Positions 27,602-35,025 of a stretch of DNA of 45,171 bases are shown here, in pieces. Under the pieces are notes generated by a model. It was not told where the DNA came from and made no database searches. It worked only from the letters and a program-made list of their open reading frames with translations. Numbering within the stretch: position 1 is the first letter of the stretch; each line of letters opens with the position of its first letter. The position numbers were made by a program, and so were the translations under genes. Location of the stretch: positions 1-45,171 of the forward strand of contig JAITSI010000073.1 of assembly GCA_031287845.1 (NCBI GenBank), written 5' to 3'. The DNA comes from Puniceicoccales bacterium (lineage in GTDB: Bacteria > Verrucomicrobiota > Verrucomicrobiia > Opitutales > JAIRLM01).

Positions 27602-29497
27602 ATGACCACGACCACCAACGTCTCCCCGCTGCAGATCGCCGGCACTCCGAGCCTTCGTCCCCCGAGGCCAGGCTACGTCTCACTTGGCTTTGTTTCTAAC
27701 CGCCTGGTCCAGCGCCTGGAAGGGGAAACTCCTACGACAATCCTTAATACCAATAACCTAGCCGACTACGTTTTACCGGACCGAAGCGTCAACGGCCATT
27801 CCTTGGAAGACGACATTTCCCTCTCCACCAACGATATCGGAGAAGGGACCACAAACCTTTACCACGTCCAATCGGACCTTTCCGAAGTTGATCCATCCAC
27901 ACCTTCCTTCGTTCGCAATTTGCCAACATTCTCCCACTACCACGCCATTCTAAATAAAATCGGAACCGCCCTTGCCCAACGCGGCCACCTGCGATTCCAG
28001 GGTGGAGGAATTTTCCTAAGTGACTCAGCCGCAGATGATAGAACCATTGTCGCCGCGGGATTGGGCGACGAAGGTGGCATGAAAAATCCCATGGAAGGCC
28101 AAGCTGATCTGATCGCGTCCACGGACGACTCTGGCACGCCTGGCCGAATCGCGGTTGGTAGTGCGGGACAGGTACTTGCGGCTGGTTATGGGGGCGAGCC
28201 CGTCTGGTCCACGCCAACAGCCAATCCTCTGGAGATGGAGTCGGATCTCATTGTGGGAGACGTGGATGGCGCTCCAAGACGCATTGCCGTAGGAACTTCC
28301 GGAAAGGTCCTTGCCATTGGGGCCAATGGGATCCCATCCTGGTCCAGCCAAATTGCCAATCCCATTAGCACGGCAGGCGATCTCATTACAGCCACTTCGG
28401 GAGGCACACCGGCGCGCCTGGGAAAGGGTTCCGCCGGACAGACGCTTCAGGTATTATCCTCCACCGCAATGGCTTGGGCCGACGAGGCAGACGATCCATC
28501 CCAAAACTTTTGGCCCGGGAACGTTCTCTTTAATCAAAATAGCTATGCAGCCAAGCCAATGTTCTACCCCAACGTTTTCGTTGCAGCTGCGGACGGCTGG
28601 ACAATTTATCAAGATTCCGCCGACATCGCCAATCCAAGCTACGCCTATCCCGTTCCCGCGGAAGGACCTTTGGGATGGGAAACCAATGATCTCTGCATCG
28701 AGCGCAGCGTGGGAAATGGAAACACTGCCGCCCAGCTGCTTCGCATCTTTCGCCCATTCAGCTCCCGCGAAACCGCCCCGCTCGTAGGGAAGAAAGTGAC
28801 TCTTAGTCTAGGATTTAAGGCGGATTCCGGCTTCCCCAAAACCTCGGCGGGCTACGTTCGTTTTTTTGTGGTAGGAACCTCCAATAAAGCCTCCCAAACG
28901 AGCATCAATTACTACGGAAATTTCCCATCGCTAAACTCAACTCTGGCCAATAGTGGAAACTTTTATTCCTTCTCAACTGTCGCCTTTGCGCGCCGCTCGC
29001 TTACCTTTGAAGTGCCCAGCACAATCACCCAAATTGTATTAGCAATTACCCATGCGCCCTACCAAACGGGCTCGTCGGTTGCCTCCAACTATCGTCTCTA
29101 CATACGCCGCCCGGCCATTCGCCTGGGAACCAGCGCCGCCGAACCGCTTCTCCCTTCCGCAGAGGAGGATAGGCTGGGAATGACCAATCGCTTTCAACGG
29201 GTATTTGTCCAATTTTCCGGTCCCGTGGAGGATGGGGAAACCGTTGTGCAGACGGTCGCATTTCCCATTCCCATGGAGACTGCTGGGAACGTAATTTGCA
29301 TGCGTGCCATCGACGCGAGCGCCCCGTCCGCCTTCCCATCTGCCGACCGGCTCCAGATCACATCGGCCAACTCCCGCTCCTTCACCGTTGCGCGAACGGC
29401 AAATGCCACGGAGTCAAATGCTTCCTTCGCCACCTGGTACCACTTTGCCATTCCACTCTGGGAGTTTAGCGATCCCATCCCCGCCTACAATGGCTAG
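27602..29497 (+). CDS. Tail fibre, paralog B
   Basis: It has the same architecture as paralog A. N-terminal blocks are shared (TNLY.VQ.D..EVDP...SF), as are the NP(M/L/I)..GDLI repeats and the end motifs (FPIPMET.GN(I/V)(L/I)C(V/M)RAIDA ... ATWYHF). Confidence 0.75.
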   Translation: MTTTTNVSPLQIAGTPSLRPPRPGYVSLGFVSNRLVQRLEGETPTTILNTNNLADYVLPDRSVNGHSLEDDISLSTNDIGEGTTNLYHVQSDLSEVDPSTPSFVRNLPTFSHYHAILNKIGTALAQRGHLRFQGGGIFLSDSAADDRTIVAAGLGDEGGMKNPMEGQADLIASTDDSGTPGRIAVGSAGQVLAAGYGGEPVWSTPTANPLEMESDLIVGDVDGAPRRIAVGTSGKVLAIGANGIPSWSSQIANPISTAGDLITATSGGTPARLGKGSAGQTLQVLSSTAMAWADEADDPSQNFWPGNVLFNQNSYAAKPMFYPNVFVAAADGWTIYQDSADIANPSYAYPVPAEGPLGWETNDLCIERSVGNGNTAAQLLRIFRPFSSRETAPLVGKKVTLSLGFKADSGFPKTSAGYVRFFVVGTSNKASQTSINYYGNFPSLNSTLANSGNFYSFSTVAFARRSLTFEVPSTITQIVLAITHAPYQTGSSVASNYRLYIRRPAIRLGTSAAEPLLPSAEEDRLGMTNRFQRVFVQFSGPVEDGETVVQTVAFPIPMETAGNVICMRAIDASAPSAFPSADRLQITSANSRSFTVARTANATESNASFATWYHFAIPLWEFSDPIPAYNG

Positions 29498-29990
29498 AAT
29501 TTTTCCCTCCAATATTTCCGCAAGAGCACTCGCACTTGGGATCCTATCGTCCCTATTGATTTGCGGCTGCGGAACCATCGACCGTCCCGAACAGCTGCGG
29601 GCGATCCGCCGGGAAATCGGCCAGTGCAACGACGATCTGAACAACGCGGTCCAGGTGCTAAGCTACTGCGCCCGAATGACAAACGATAGTAACCTTGCCA
29701 ACCGGGCCCTGGACGGCGTGCTGGAAATCATCGGCGAACCATCTCCCGAAGAAAAAATCTTCGCCGCCTCACTGGATAGCGCCGGTTGCGAATTTCTCAC
29801 CGCCAACGCCCGCGGAACCATCTCCCACAGGGACAAGCTACTACGCCAGGAGCACTCCGCCGAAAGCGCCCTCTCCGCCGACTTCCACCGCTACGCCCGC
29901 CAGGCCAGCACATTCCGCGCCGTCAAGTGGCTCTCCATCAGCACTATAACTATCTTTGTCGCCCTTGCTATTGCGCGAAAGATTTTCTAA
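29490..29990 (+). CDS. Lipoprotein with a C-terminal TM helix (unimolecular-spanin-like topology)
   Basis: ATG 29490 overlaps the fibre stop. It has a signal peptide plus lipobox (LALGILSSLLICG-C) and a C-terminal hydrophobic helix (WLSISTITIFVALAIA). It is the last gene of the late operon. Confidence 0.6.
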   Translation: MARIFPSNISARALALGILSSLLICGCGTIDRPEQLRAIRREIGQCNDDLNNAVQVLSYCARMTNDSNLANRALDGVLEIIGEPSPEEKIFAASLDSAGCEFLTANARGTISHRDKLLRQEHSAESALSADFHRYARQASTFRAVKWLSISTITIFVALAIARKIF

Positions 29991-30017
29991 AGACACTTGA
30001 CATCCACGATGATTTCA

Positions 30018-30287
30018 TCAACGATCATCGTAATGGCCCAGACAGCAAAGAATTCTGATCGTATGCGTTTCCGGAAAGAAGTCATAGATAAGTCGATTTT
30101 TTTGATCCACGCGGTGCGAAAAGCGAGTTTCGGTCAGTCGCTCTATCTTGCCAGTTCCTCGCAGCGGATCTTTGCAAATTTCCTTTATAAACTGACTGAT
30201 TTTTTTTCGCATTCTTTCATTATATTTTTTAACGGAATCAAATTCCCGTAGAAAGCGTTTAGTGAATTCTAGACGAATAGTCTCCAT
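30018..30287 (-). CDS. YoeB/Txe (RelE-superfamily) type II toxin
   Basis: The segment ...DPLRGTGKIERLTETRFSHRVDQKNRLIYDF...IRILCCLGHYDD parallels YoeB (...[31 protein letters not shown]...ACRYHY). Confidence 0.75.
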   Translation of the reverse strand: METIRLEFTKRFLREFDSVKKYNERMRKKISQFIKEICKDPLRGTGKIERLTETRFSHRVDQKNRLIYDFFPETHTIRILCCLGHYDDR

Positions 30288-30549
30288 TTAAAAACTCCAT
30301 TGCCTCTTCTAAACTAGCGTAGCAGAAGGGATTTCCTGGGCTTCCGGCCTCTTCGGAAAGATTATTTAACTCATCATTTGTAACTGGAGATCCGTCCATT
30401 CCCAGTGGTGGAACCTTATCTCGATAGAAGTCCCGCAAAATTCGGCAGACCAATCCGGAGAAGGAAAACTGAAATCGCTCCGCATCCCGGACAATCCTTT
30501 CATGGAGTTCGCTTGGAATTTGGATGCTTGTCTGTTTTTTCCGTTCCAT
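30259..30549 (-). CDS. RHH (CopG/Arc-type) antitoxin
   Basis: SIQIPSELHERIVRDAERFQFSFSGLVCRILRDFY fits a strand-helix-helix pattern. It lies upstream of, and overlaps, the toxin gene. Confidence 0.7.
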   Translation of the reverse strand: MERKKQTSIQIPSELHERIVRDAERFQFSFSGLVCRILRDFYRDKVPPLGMDGSPVTNDELNNLSEEAGSPGNPFCYASLEEAMEFLNGDYSSRIH

Positions 30550-30693
30550 GGTGGCGATTTAGGAAGGAACCACCGAAAAGTCAAGTGTTTTTGAGTAAAA
30601 CAATCCACTTTCAATGATAGACACTGGATCCTGTGGAAATGCCGGCGGAGCAGTTGCGATTGACAACCGTTCCCGCGTTCCCAGCGTAAGGCC

Positions 30694-31170
30694 ATGGATC
30701 AAAAGTGTAAGTTTTCCTCTCGCCATCGCCGGACGATTGCTGAATTTGTGGGCCTTCCCGCAAGAAATCTAAGGGACCACGGGAGACCCATCGTAGCCCT
30801 TGGTGGAGTCCTAGAGAATTTCTTGCAGCGCAGCATTGTGCGCGATGAACGCCTGGAAATGATCCGCAGCCAATGGAACCGCATCGTCGGCGGTTCTCTT
30901 TCCGAGCTTTGCTGGCCCGTGGGCTTGACCCCATATAAGCTAACTATCTGCGCTAAAAGCAGTACTGCCTCCCAGGAATGGAAACTGCAGCAGAATGAAA
31001 CCATAGAGCGCCTGCGCCTGCTTCCGGGACTGGAACAAATTCGCCGGATCGACTGCATTATTGAATCGGATGTCAATGCCGGGGAACAATTCCAGATTGC
31101 CTCCGACTTCGATGGAGGGCGAAGGACCCTTCGCCGAGATCGCCGGCGGAAGGCCAGTCCCAAAATTTGA
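30694..31170 (+). CDS. DUF721 / DciA-like protein
   Basis: LGGVLENFLQRSIVRDERLEMIRSQWNRIVGGSLSELCWPVGLTPYKLTICAKSSTASQEWKLQQNETIERL matches the DUF721 pattern (L..vl..l......l..i...W..ivG..l...t.p..l..g.L.v.v.ss.w..el). It is 158 aa. Confidence 0.65.
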   Translation: MDQKCKFSSRHRRTIAEFVGLPARNLRDHGRPIVALGGVLENFLQRSIVRDERLEMIRSQWNRIVGGSLSELCWPVGLTPYKLTICAKSSTASQEWKLQQNETIERLRLLPGLEQIRRIDCIIESDVNAGEQFQIASDFDGGRRTLRRDRRRKASPKI

Positions 31171-31200
31171 ACCCCACCCCCGGAAACGTCCAGAATGGCC

Positions 31201-31330
31201 GATGATATTGGCAAAGACAATTTTCCCCTCCGAACCAATGCAAAAGGAAAAACTGTCCGCCGCTCTGCCGACGATAGCTGCCAATGCCTCCGCCGTGACA
31301 TCAAAAAGGAAACGGGGAATCTTTTGCGGA
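31201..31330 (-). pseudogene. Relic of a second DUF3987-family gene (mid-gene fragment only)
   Basis: It aligns at ~85-88% to 32195..32338, inside the intact gene, with an 11-bp deletion. It encodes ...AAIVGRAADSFSFCIGSEGKIVFANI... against ...AAIVGGAADRFSFCVGSEGETVFANI.... Confidence 0.75.
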
Positions 31331-32830
31331 ATTTAGACTAATAATCCTGGATGGTCTTCCTATTTTTGGTTTATGATCTTCGACGTGCAATTCATCTCCA
31401 TAGGATCTGAGAATTTCATCGATCTCATCTTGGCGAAAGTAATGTTTGTGTTTTAGTTCACTAATGGAAAGGAAACCTGTGCTGGAATTTTCCAGTAGAT
31501 AGACGAGTTTTTCGAACCTTTCATCTTGTTTGGTAATGGGATTTTCCATGATCTTTCGTAGGAATTCCTTTTTGCACCAGCGCACCTGATTGGCACCCAT
31601 TTCGGCCAGCTCTTTGTCGATGGTGGGTCGCGCATTTAGGATGGCACAGATGCCTGAAATTTTGATGGCAATCTCCCTCCAGCGTGCCAATTCGCCGGCA
31701 AAAATAGGGGCAAGGCTCCGAATGCAGCTCTTCAAAATTGCATTTCCTTCCCGCTTTAATTCCTCAAAAATTGCTTCAGCTTTTTCATCGATGAGAAGTG
31801 GAGTGGAAGCTTTTGTAAAATCCTCCAGACTTGGCAACGATTCTGCAATTTTCTCCGCACTTGATTGGAGCAGCTTTCTCCTGTTTTCTAGCAATTTGCG
31901 AACGCAATCATGGAAGATAGAATTGCTTGGCCGTGGGGTAAGCCAGTTTCCGTTGAAATCGCAGAGGAAGCCAGCGTCCAGGAATAGCATTCGCGAAAAC
32001 ATTCCGGAACTTATGAGCTGTTTGTTCTGCAAAAGCTCCTTCGCCTCAAATGGTTTAAGCGCGATTAGCATGGAAATAAGACAATCGCTTTCATTTTCTA
32101 GAATGCGGCCTACTCTCCCGCAGTCCGTATCCTCACCGGAAAACATGTTCAAGTAGGGTTTTGCGTTGATTTTTTTGTCTCTATCATAGCGGCCAAGGAT
32201 ATTGGCAAAGACCGTTTCCCCCTCCGAACCAACGCAAAAGGAAAAGCGGTCTGCCGCTCCGCCGACGATGGCTGCCAACGCCTCCGCCGTGACATCAAAA
32301 AGGGTAAGTTCCAAACGGGGAATTTTTTGCAGATTGCGCAGTTTCAAATGAGCTGCTTTTTTCCCTTTGGCATCGACATTCGCGCACCCCATGAGAATTT
32401 GCGTGTCGTAAATTTCGTTATCCAAGCATTTGGCAAATTCTTTCAGCAATTTCTTTTCGACGGAAAATTCTTTCAGCAGCTCCTTGAAAAGGACTGTCTT
32501 GCCGGCGCCAACCTCGCCCACAAGGCATGTCCAAAGGTTTAGAAACGTTTCCTGCCCATTTCCATCGACGGCGTAGAATTGACGGCCGATGGCACCGGAC
32601 AACACGGACTCCATGGCAATTCCGGCCATGATCTCCGGGATTCCAATGCGCTCATGCAAGTAGTGAGTCCAGTCCCGAATTCCCTTCGGGAAGGAATCTA
32701 GCGGTGGCTCTCCCGACTGCAGCATGGCATCAATTTCTTTCCTGCTAGCGCTTTGACAAAAATTTTCACCGGGTATGGGAAAATTTTTCTTGCAAATCCA
32801 TTTTTTTTCTGTTCCTTGGCCGTCGTTCAT
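31301..32830 (-). CDS. DUF3987-type P-loop ATPase / putative replicative helicase of the element
   Basis: It is 509 aa. The N-terminal ...PPLDSFPKGIRDW...IPEIMAGIAMESVLSGAIG...LNLWTCLVGEVGAGKT resembles YfjI/DUF3987 proteins of integrative elements. GC is low. The last ~10 codons run into the relic copy. Confidence 0.7.
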   Translation of the reverse strand: MNDGQGTEKKWICKKNFPIPGENFCQSASRKEIDAMLQSGEPPLDSFPKGIRDWTHYLHERIGIPEIMAGIAMESVLSGAIGRQFYAVDGNGQETFLNLWTCLVGEVGAGKTVLFKELLKEFSVEKKLLKEFAKCLDNEIYDTQILMGCANVDAKGKKAAHLKLRNLQKIPRLELTLFDVTAEALAAIVGGAADRFSFCVGSEGETVFANILGRYDRDKKINAKPYLNMFSGEDTDCGRVGRILENESDCLISMLIALKPFEAKELLQNKQLISSGMFSRMLFLDAGFLCDFNGNWLTPRPSNSIFHDCVRKLLENRRKLLQSSAEKIAESLPSLEDFTKASTPLLIDEKAEAIFEELKREGNAILKSCIRSLAPIFAGELARWREIAIKISGICAILNARPTIDKELAEMGANQVRWCKKEFLRKIMENPITKQDERFEKLVYLLENSSTGFLSISELKHKHYFRQDEIDEILRSYGDELHVEDHKPKIGRPSRIISLNSAKDSPFPF

Positions 32831-32895
32831 CGTGCGTTGCTCCAGTGACGTCGAGGATGACAGTTTCGCAGGTAGAAATCGCGAAAAAATTAAGC

Positions 32896-32934
32896 TGCCT
32901 CCGTTCGGTCACAAACAAACGGAGGCAATTTTTT
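32896..32934 (+). terminator. Intrinsic-terminator-like hairpin, best oriented on the plus strand (antisense to the DUF3987 mRNA leader)
   Basis: The stem is tgcctccgtt / aacggaggca (10 bp) with a 12-nt loop, followed after 1 nt by TTTTTT. An A6 run lies 6 nt upstream, giving weaker minus-strand function. It sits 66 nt upstream of the DUF3987 start codon. Confidence 0.55.
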
Positions 32935-33495
32935 CTCCCGGAAGCAATCGAAAAGTCATTCCCGAATCCTTTTTTTCAGGATCTTGGCCCCGCTTCACGC
33001 GCACAAAGTCCCGTGGATTTTCTTGGATTGTCCTGGGATCAAATGGGCTAGCTTCGCAAGCATGGCCCAATCCTGGTCAGCCTTTCCTGGCAGTTTCCGA
33101 ATCTCCCGGTGGCCGTTTCCGGTCTGGGAAAAGCGGCCAGTTTCCGGAATGGCGTTTAAATTCCCCAGGATGCTCAAAGTACTCCTGGGACAGGGGGAAG
33201 CTAAATCCTGGCAAGAGATAGTGGCTTCTAGGTGCCTTTACGGCGTTTCTTGAGGCATTTTGGCGCAGGCCATGGATGGGAAGTTGGCGCCGGTGAAAAA
33301 GGGAAGGGGGCTTTGGGGGATAGGATAGGGGAGTACCCCCGCCCCCCTGGGGGAGGTTTCCCCCAATACCCCCTCAGAACCCGTGGGCTAGTGTACTTGG
33401 GTGAATTTCCCTCCCAGCTGCTTCATGGCCTTAAAGGGTGACTGCTCCCACGATCCCTTCCCTCAGAGGGAAGGGACGATGGGATCCGTCACCAC

Positions 33496-33582
33496 AAAGT
33501 TGTTTTCCGCTCCTTGCCCCGAGACCCCCCCCGGTAGGGGCGGGGGGTAAAAATCTCGGGGCAAGGAGCGGCAAACAACTTT
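33496..33582. repeat. Long inverted repeat: a 29-bp stem with 1 mismatch and a 29-nt loop that can itself pair C8 with G-runs
   Basis: aaagttgttttccgctccttgccccgaga ... tctcggggcaaggagcggcaaacaacttt; the apical part is ccccccccggtaggggcgggggg. Confidence 0.9.
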
Positions 33583-33730
33583 CGTCTTCCGGACGGAGCC
33601 CCGGGGGTACAGGGGGTGGGAAACCCCCTGTAGTCCCCCTTACTGACCTAATTCTCCGGACGGAGCCGGGGGTTATAGGGGGTTCCCCCCTATGGTCCTT
33701 CCTGCTAGGAAGGACTGAGGACTATATAGA

Positions 33731-33768
33731 TATAGAGGAGTGTGCCATTTTGGCAACACTCCTCTATA
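33731..33768. terminator. AT-flanked 17-bp-stem hairpin ~45 nt downstream of the integrase stop
   Basis: tatagaggagtgt-gcca ttt tggc-a-acactcctctata, flanked by tatata / aattttatataat. It could be the int terminator, a plus-strand terminator, or a protein-binding palindrome. Confidence 0.4.
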
Positions 33769-33813
33769 ATTTTATATAATTTCCGAATACACGTGTCAAG
33801 GGATTTTTTTCAC

Positions 33814-35025
33814 TTACTCCATTTTTTTTGCCGCCTCCTCCACGAACCCTGGGGTGACCTGCAGGGTTTTGTCCGCGTAGTGCTGCACTGTGGTGGCGAT
33901 GGAGGAATGCCTAAGAGCCAGGCTAGCCGTGTAGATTCCGTGCTTTCTGCAGATCTCTGACCCATATTCCTTTCGAAGAGTATGGGATGGTTTCTGTTCC
34001 CGAATACCCTTCCCATGCAACCATCCGTTCAGTTTTTTGGAGATGGAGTCACAGCGGTATTCCTTTGCCCTACCTTTGGATTCAATTACAAACTGTCCAT
34101 TGGCGACCTTCTTGAACTCTGCCAATTCCTTCACGATGTAGGGGGAGATTGGCACACTTGCCTGGGCTCCAGGCTTGGGTGTGAAGATGGGAGTTTGGTA
34201 GATGGATACCCTTCCCGCTTCCAGATCAATCTGTTCCCAGAGCATCTTGTCGATTTCGTTTCTCCTTAGTCCGCACCCTATGGCTAGAAGGAAAAATTTG
34301 TATTCCTCTGGCCTATCCTTCTTCAGCTCCCTGTTGGCATCCACCATCATATCCCTTGCGGAGAACTTCGTGACATAGCGCTTGCTCTCCTCCTTGAATG
34401 GTTTCAGTCCATCGAATGGTGAATGTAACTTCTCCATGCCTATTGCCTTTCGCATTCGTTCCGAGAATAGGCTCTTTGCGTTACGAATGAGGGTGTTGAT
34501 CGTTGTGATGGCTGCTCCCCTATTTGTTCCATTGGACAGCTTCTTTCTTAAAGATTCATTTTTCCAATCTTCAAGTAGCTTTCCGCTAAGCCGGCCCAGG
34601 GGATTTTTTCTAACCTCCTCTGCGGTAAGAGATAGCTGTTCCCCCATGATCTGAAGGATGGCTTGGCGGTAGACTCCAAATGTCCTCGGTGACAGCAGCT
34701 GGCTTTTCTCTACCTTTTTCAGGAAATCTTGGACAGTCAGCAGGTCTCTTTTCCGTTCGACTTTCTTCCTGCCGCATCCGAACTTTTCCATGACCGCACA
34801 CCATCCCTCAAGTCTTAGCAGGCAGTAGGCGTCTCTTGCCCTCTCCGCCGCTTGCTTCTTGTCACCGGTCTGGAGGCACAACTTCCGCTGGTCCCTATCC
34901 CGGCACATTACGGCATACCAGTTGGAGAGCTCATAGATGTCATTGCCCTTGCGATACCTAGGCTTGATCAACCTTTCTTCCCAGTAACTTGGCGAGGCTT
35001 TGTCCTTTCTTTTGACAATTTTCAT
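33814..35025 (-). CDS. int: Tyrosine recombinase / phage integrase
   Basis: The C-terminal catalytic region reads ...HTLRKEYGSEICRKHGIYTASLALRHSSIATTVQHYADK (H-x-x-R ... H ... Y). ATG 35025 is preceded by AGGA, and the ORF is open to 35112. It is adjacent to a tRNA 3' end. Confidence 0.9.
   Translation of the reverse strand: MKIVKRKDKASPSYWEERLIKPRYRKGNDIYELSNWYAVMCRDRDQRKLCLQTGDKKQAAERARDAYCLLRLEGWCAVMEKFGCGRKKVERKRDLLTVQDFLKKVEKSQLLSPRTFGVYRQAILQIMGEQLSLTAEEVRKNPLGRLSGKLLEDWKNESLRKKLSNGTNRGAAITTINTLIRNAKSLFSERMRKAIGMEKLHSPFDGLKPFKEESKRYVTKFSARDMMVDANRELKKDRPEEYKFFLLAIGCGLRRNEIDKMLWEQIDLEAGRVSIYQTPIFTPKPGAQASVPISPYIVKELAEFKKVANGQFVIESKGRAKEYRCDSISKKLNGWLHGKGIREQKPSHTLRKEYGSEICRKHGIYTASLALRHSSIATTVQHYADKTLQVTPGFVEEAAKKME

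Larger units (their letters stand above)
33290..33770. other. GC-rich, hyper-structured non-coding region (hairpin cluster, G/C-run palindromes, short direct repeats)
   Basis: Hairpins were read directly at 33455..33475, 33496..33582, 33603..33639, 33675..33693, 33695..33715 and 33731..33768. There is a G-tract run at 33301..33333. TCCGGACGGAGCC occurs at 33588 and 33655. The ORFs here are low-complexity shadows. Confidence 0.8.

Noticed and set aside
20322-29497. A diversity-generating retroelement was sought at the fibre locus, as expected for BPP-1-type phages.
   Set aside because: No ORF in the window has reverse-transcriptase motifs (no YxDD block). I saw no template/variable repeat pair with adenine-specific differences. 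The two fibre paralogs differ by ordinary divergence.
31160-31187. ATTTGAACCCC at the DciA stop matches 10 of 11 positions of the tRNA-Tyr T-arm (ATTCGAACCCC) and was considered as a possible attL of a 4-kb int element.
   Set aside because: A 10/11 match is expected roughly once by chance in this window. The flanking bases also do not continue the tRNA 3' end (tggtgagagaggg), as a displaced tRNA fragment should.
6718-32338. Both partial duplications in the mobile DNA have nearly the same spacing (999 bp for the HU-end repeat, 994-1005 bp for the DUF3987 relic).
   Set aside because: I can think of no mechanism linking them. The sequences are unrelated and the identities differ (98% against ~87%), so I treat this as coincidence. 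Assembly read support should be checked.
32845-33051. A 64-68-aa ORF divergent from the DUF3987 gene has a faint AlpA/excisionase-like HTH look (VSQVEIAKKLS...RRQFFLPEAI).
   Set aside because: Codons ~13-26 are exactly the 10-bp-stem/T6 terminator hairpin, and the rest is low-complexity. It is more likely non-coding, but it is not fully excluded.
32984-33779. ORFs 32984..33253, 33232..33441 and 33438..33779 lie across the structured region.
   Set aside because: Their Gly/Pro/Arg-rich translations are generated by G/C-run palindromes. They have no start context and no domain-like sequence.
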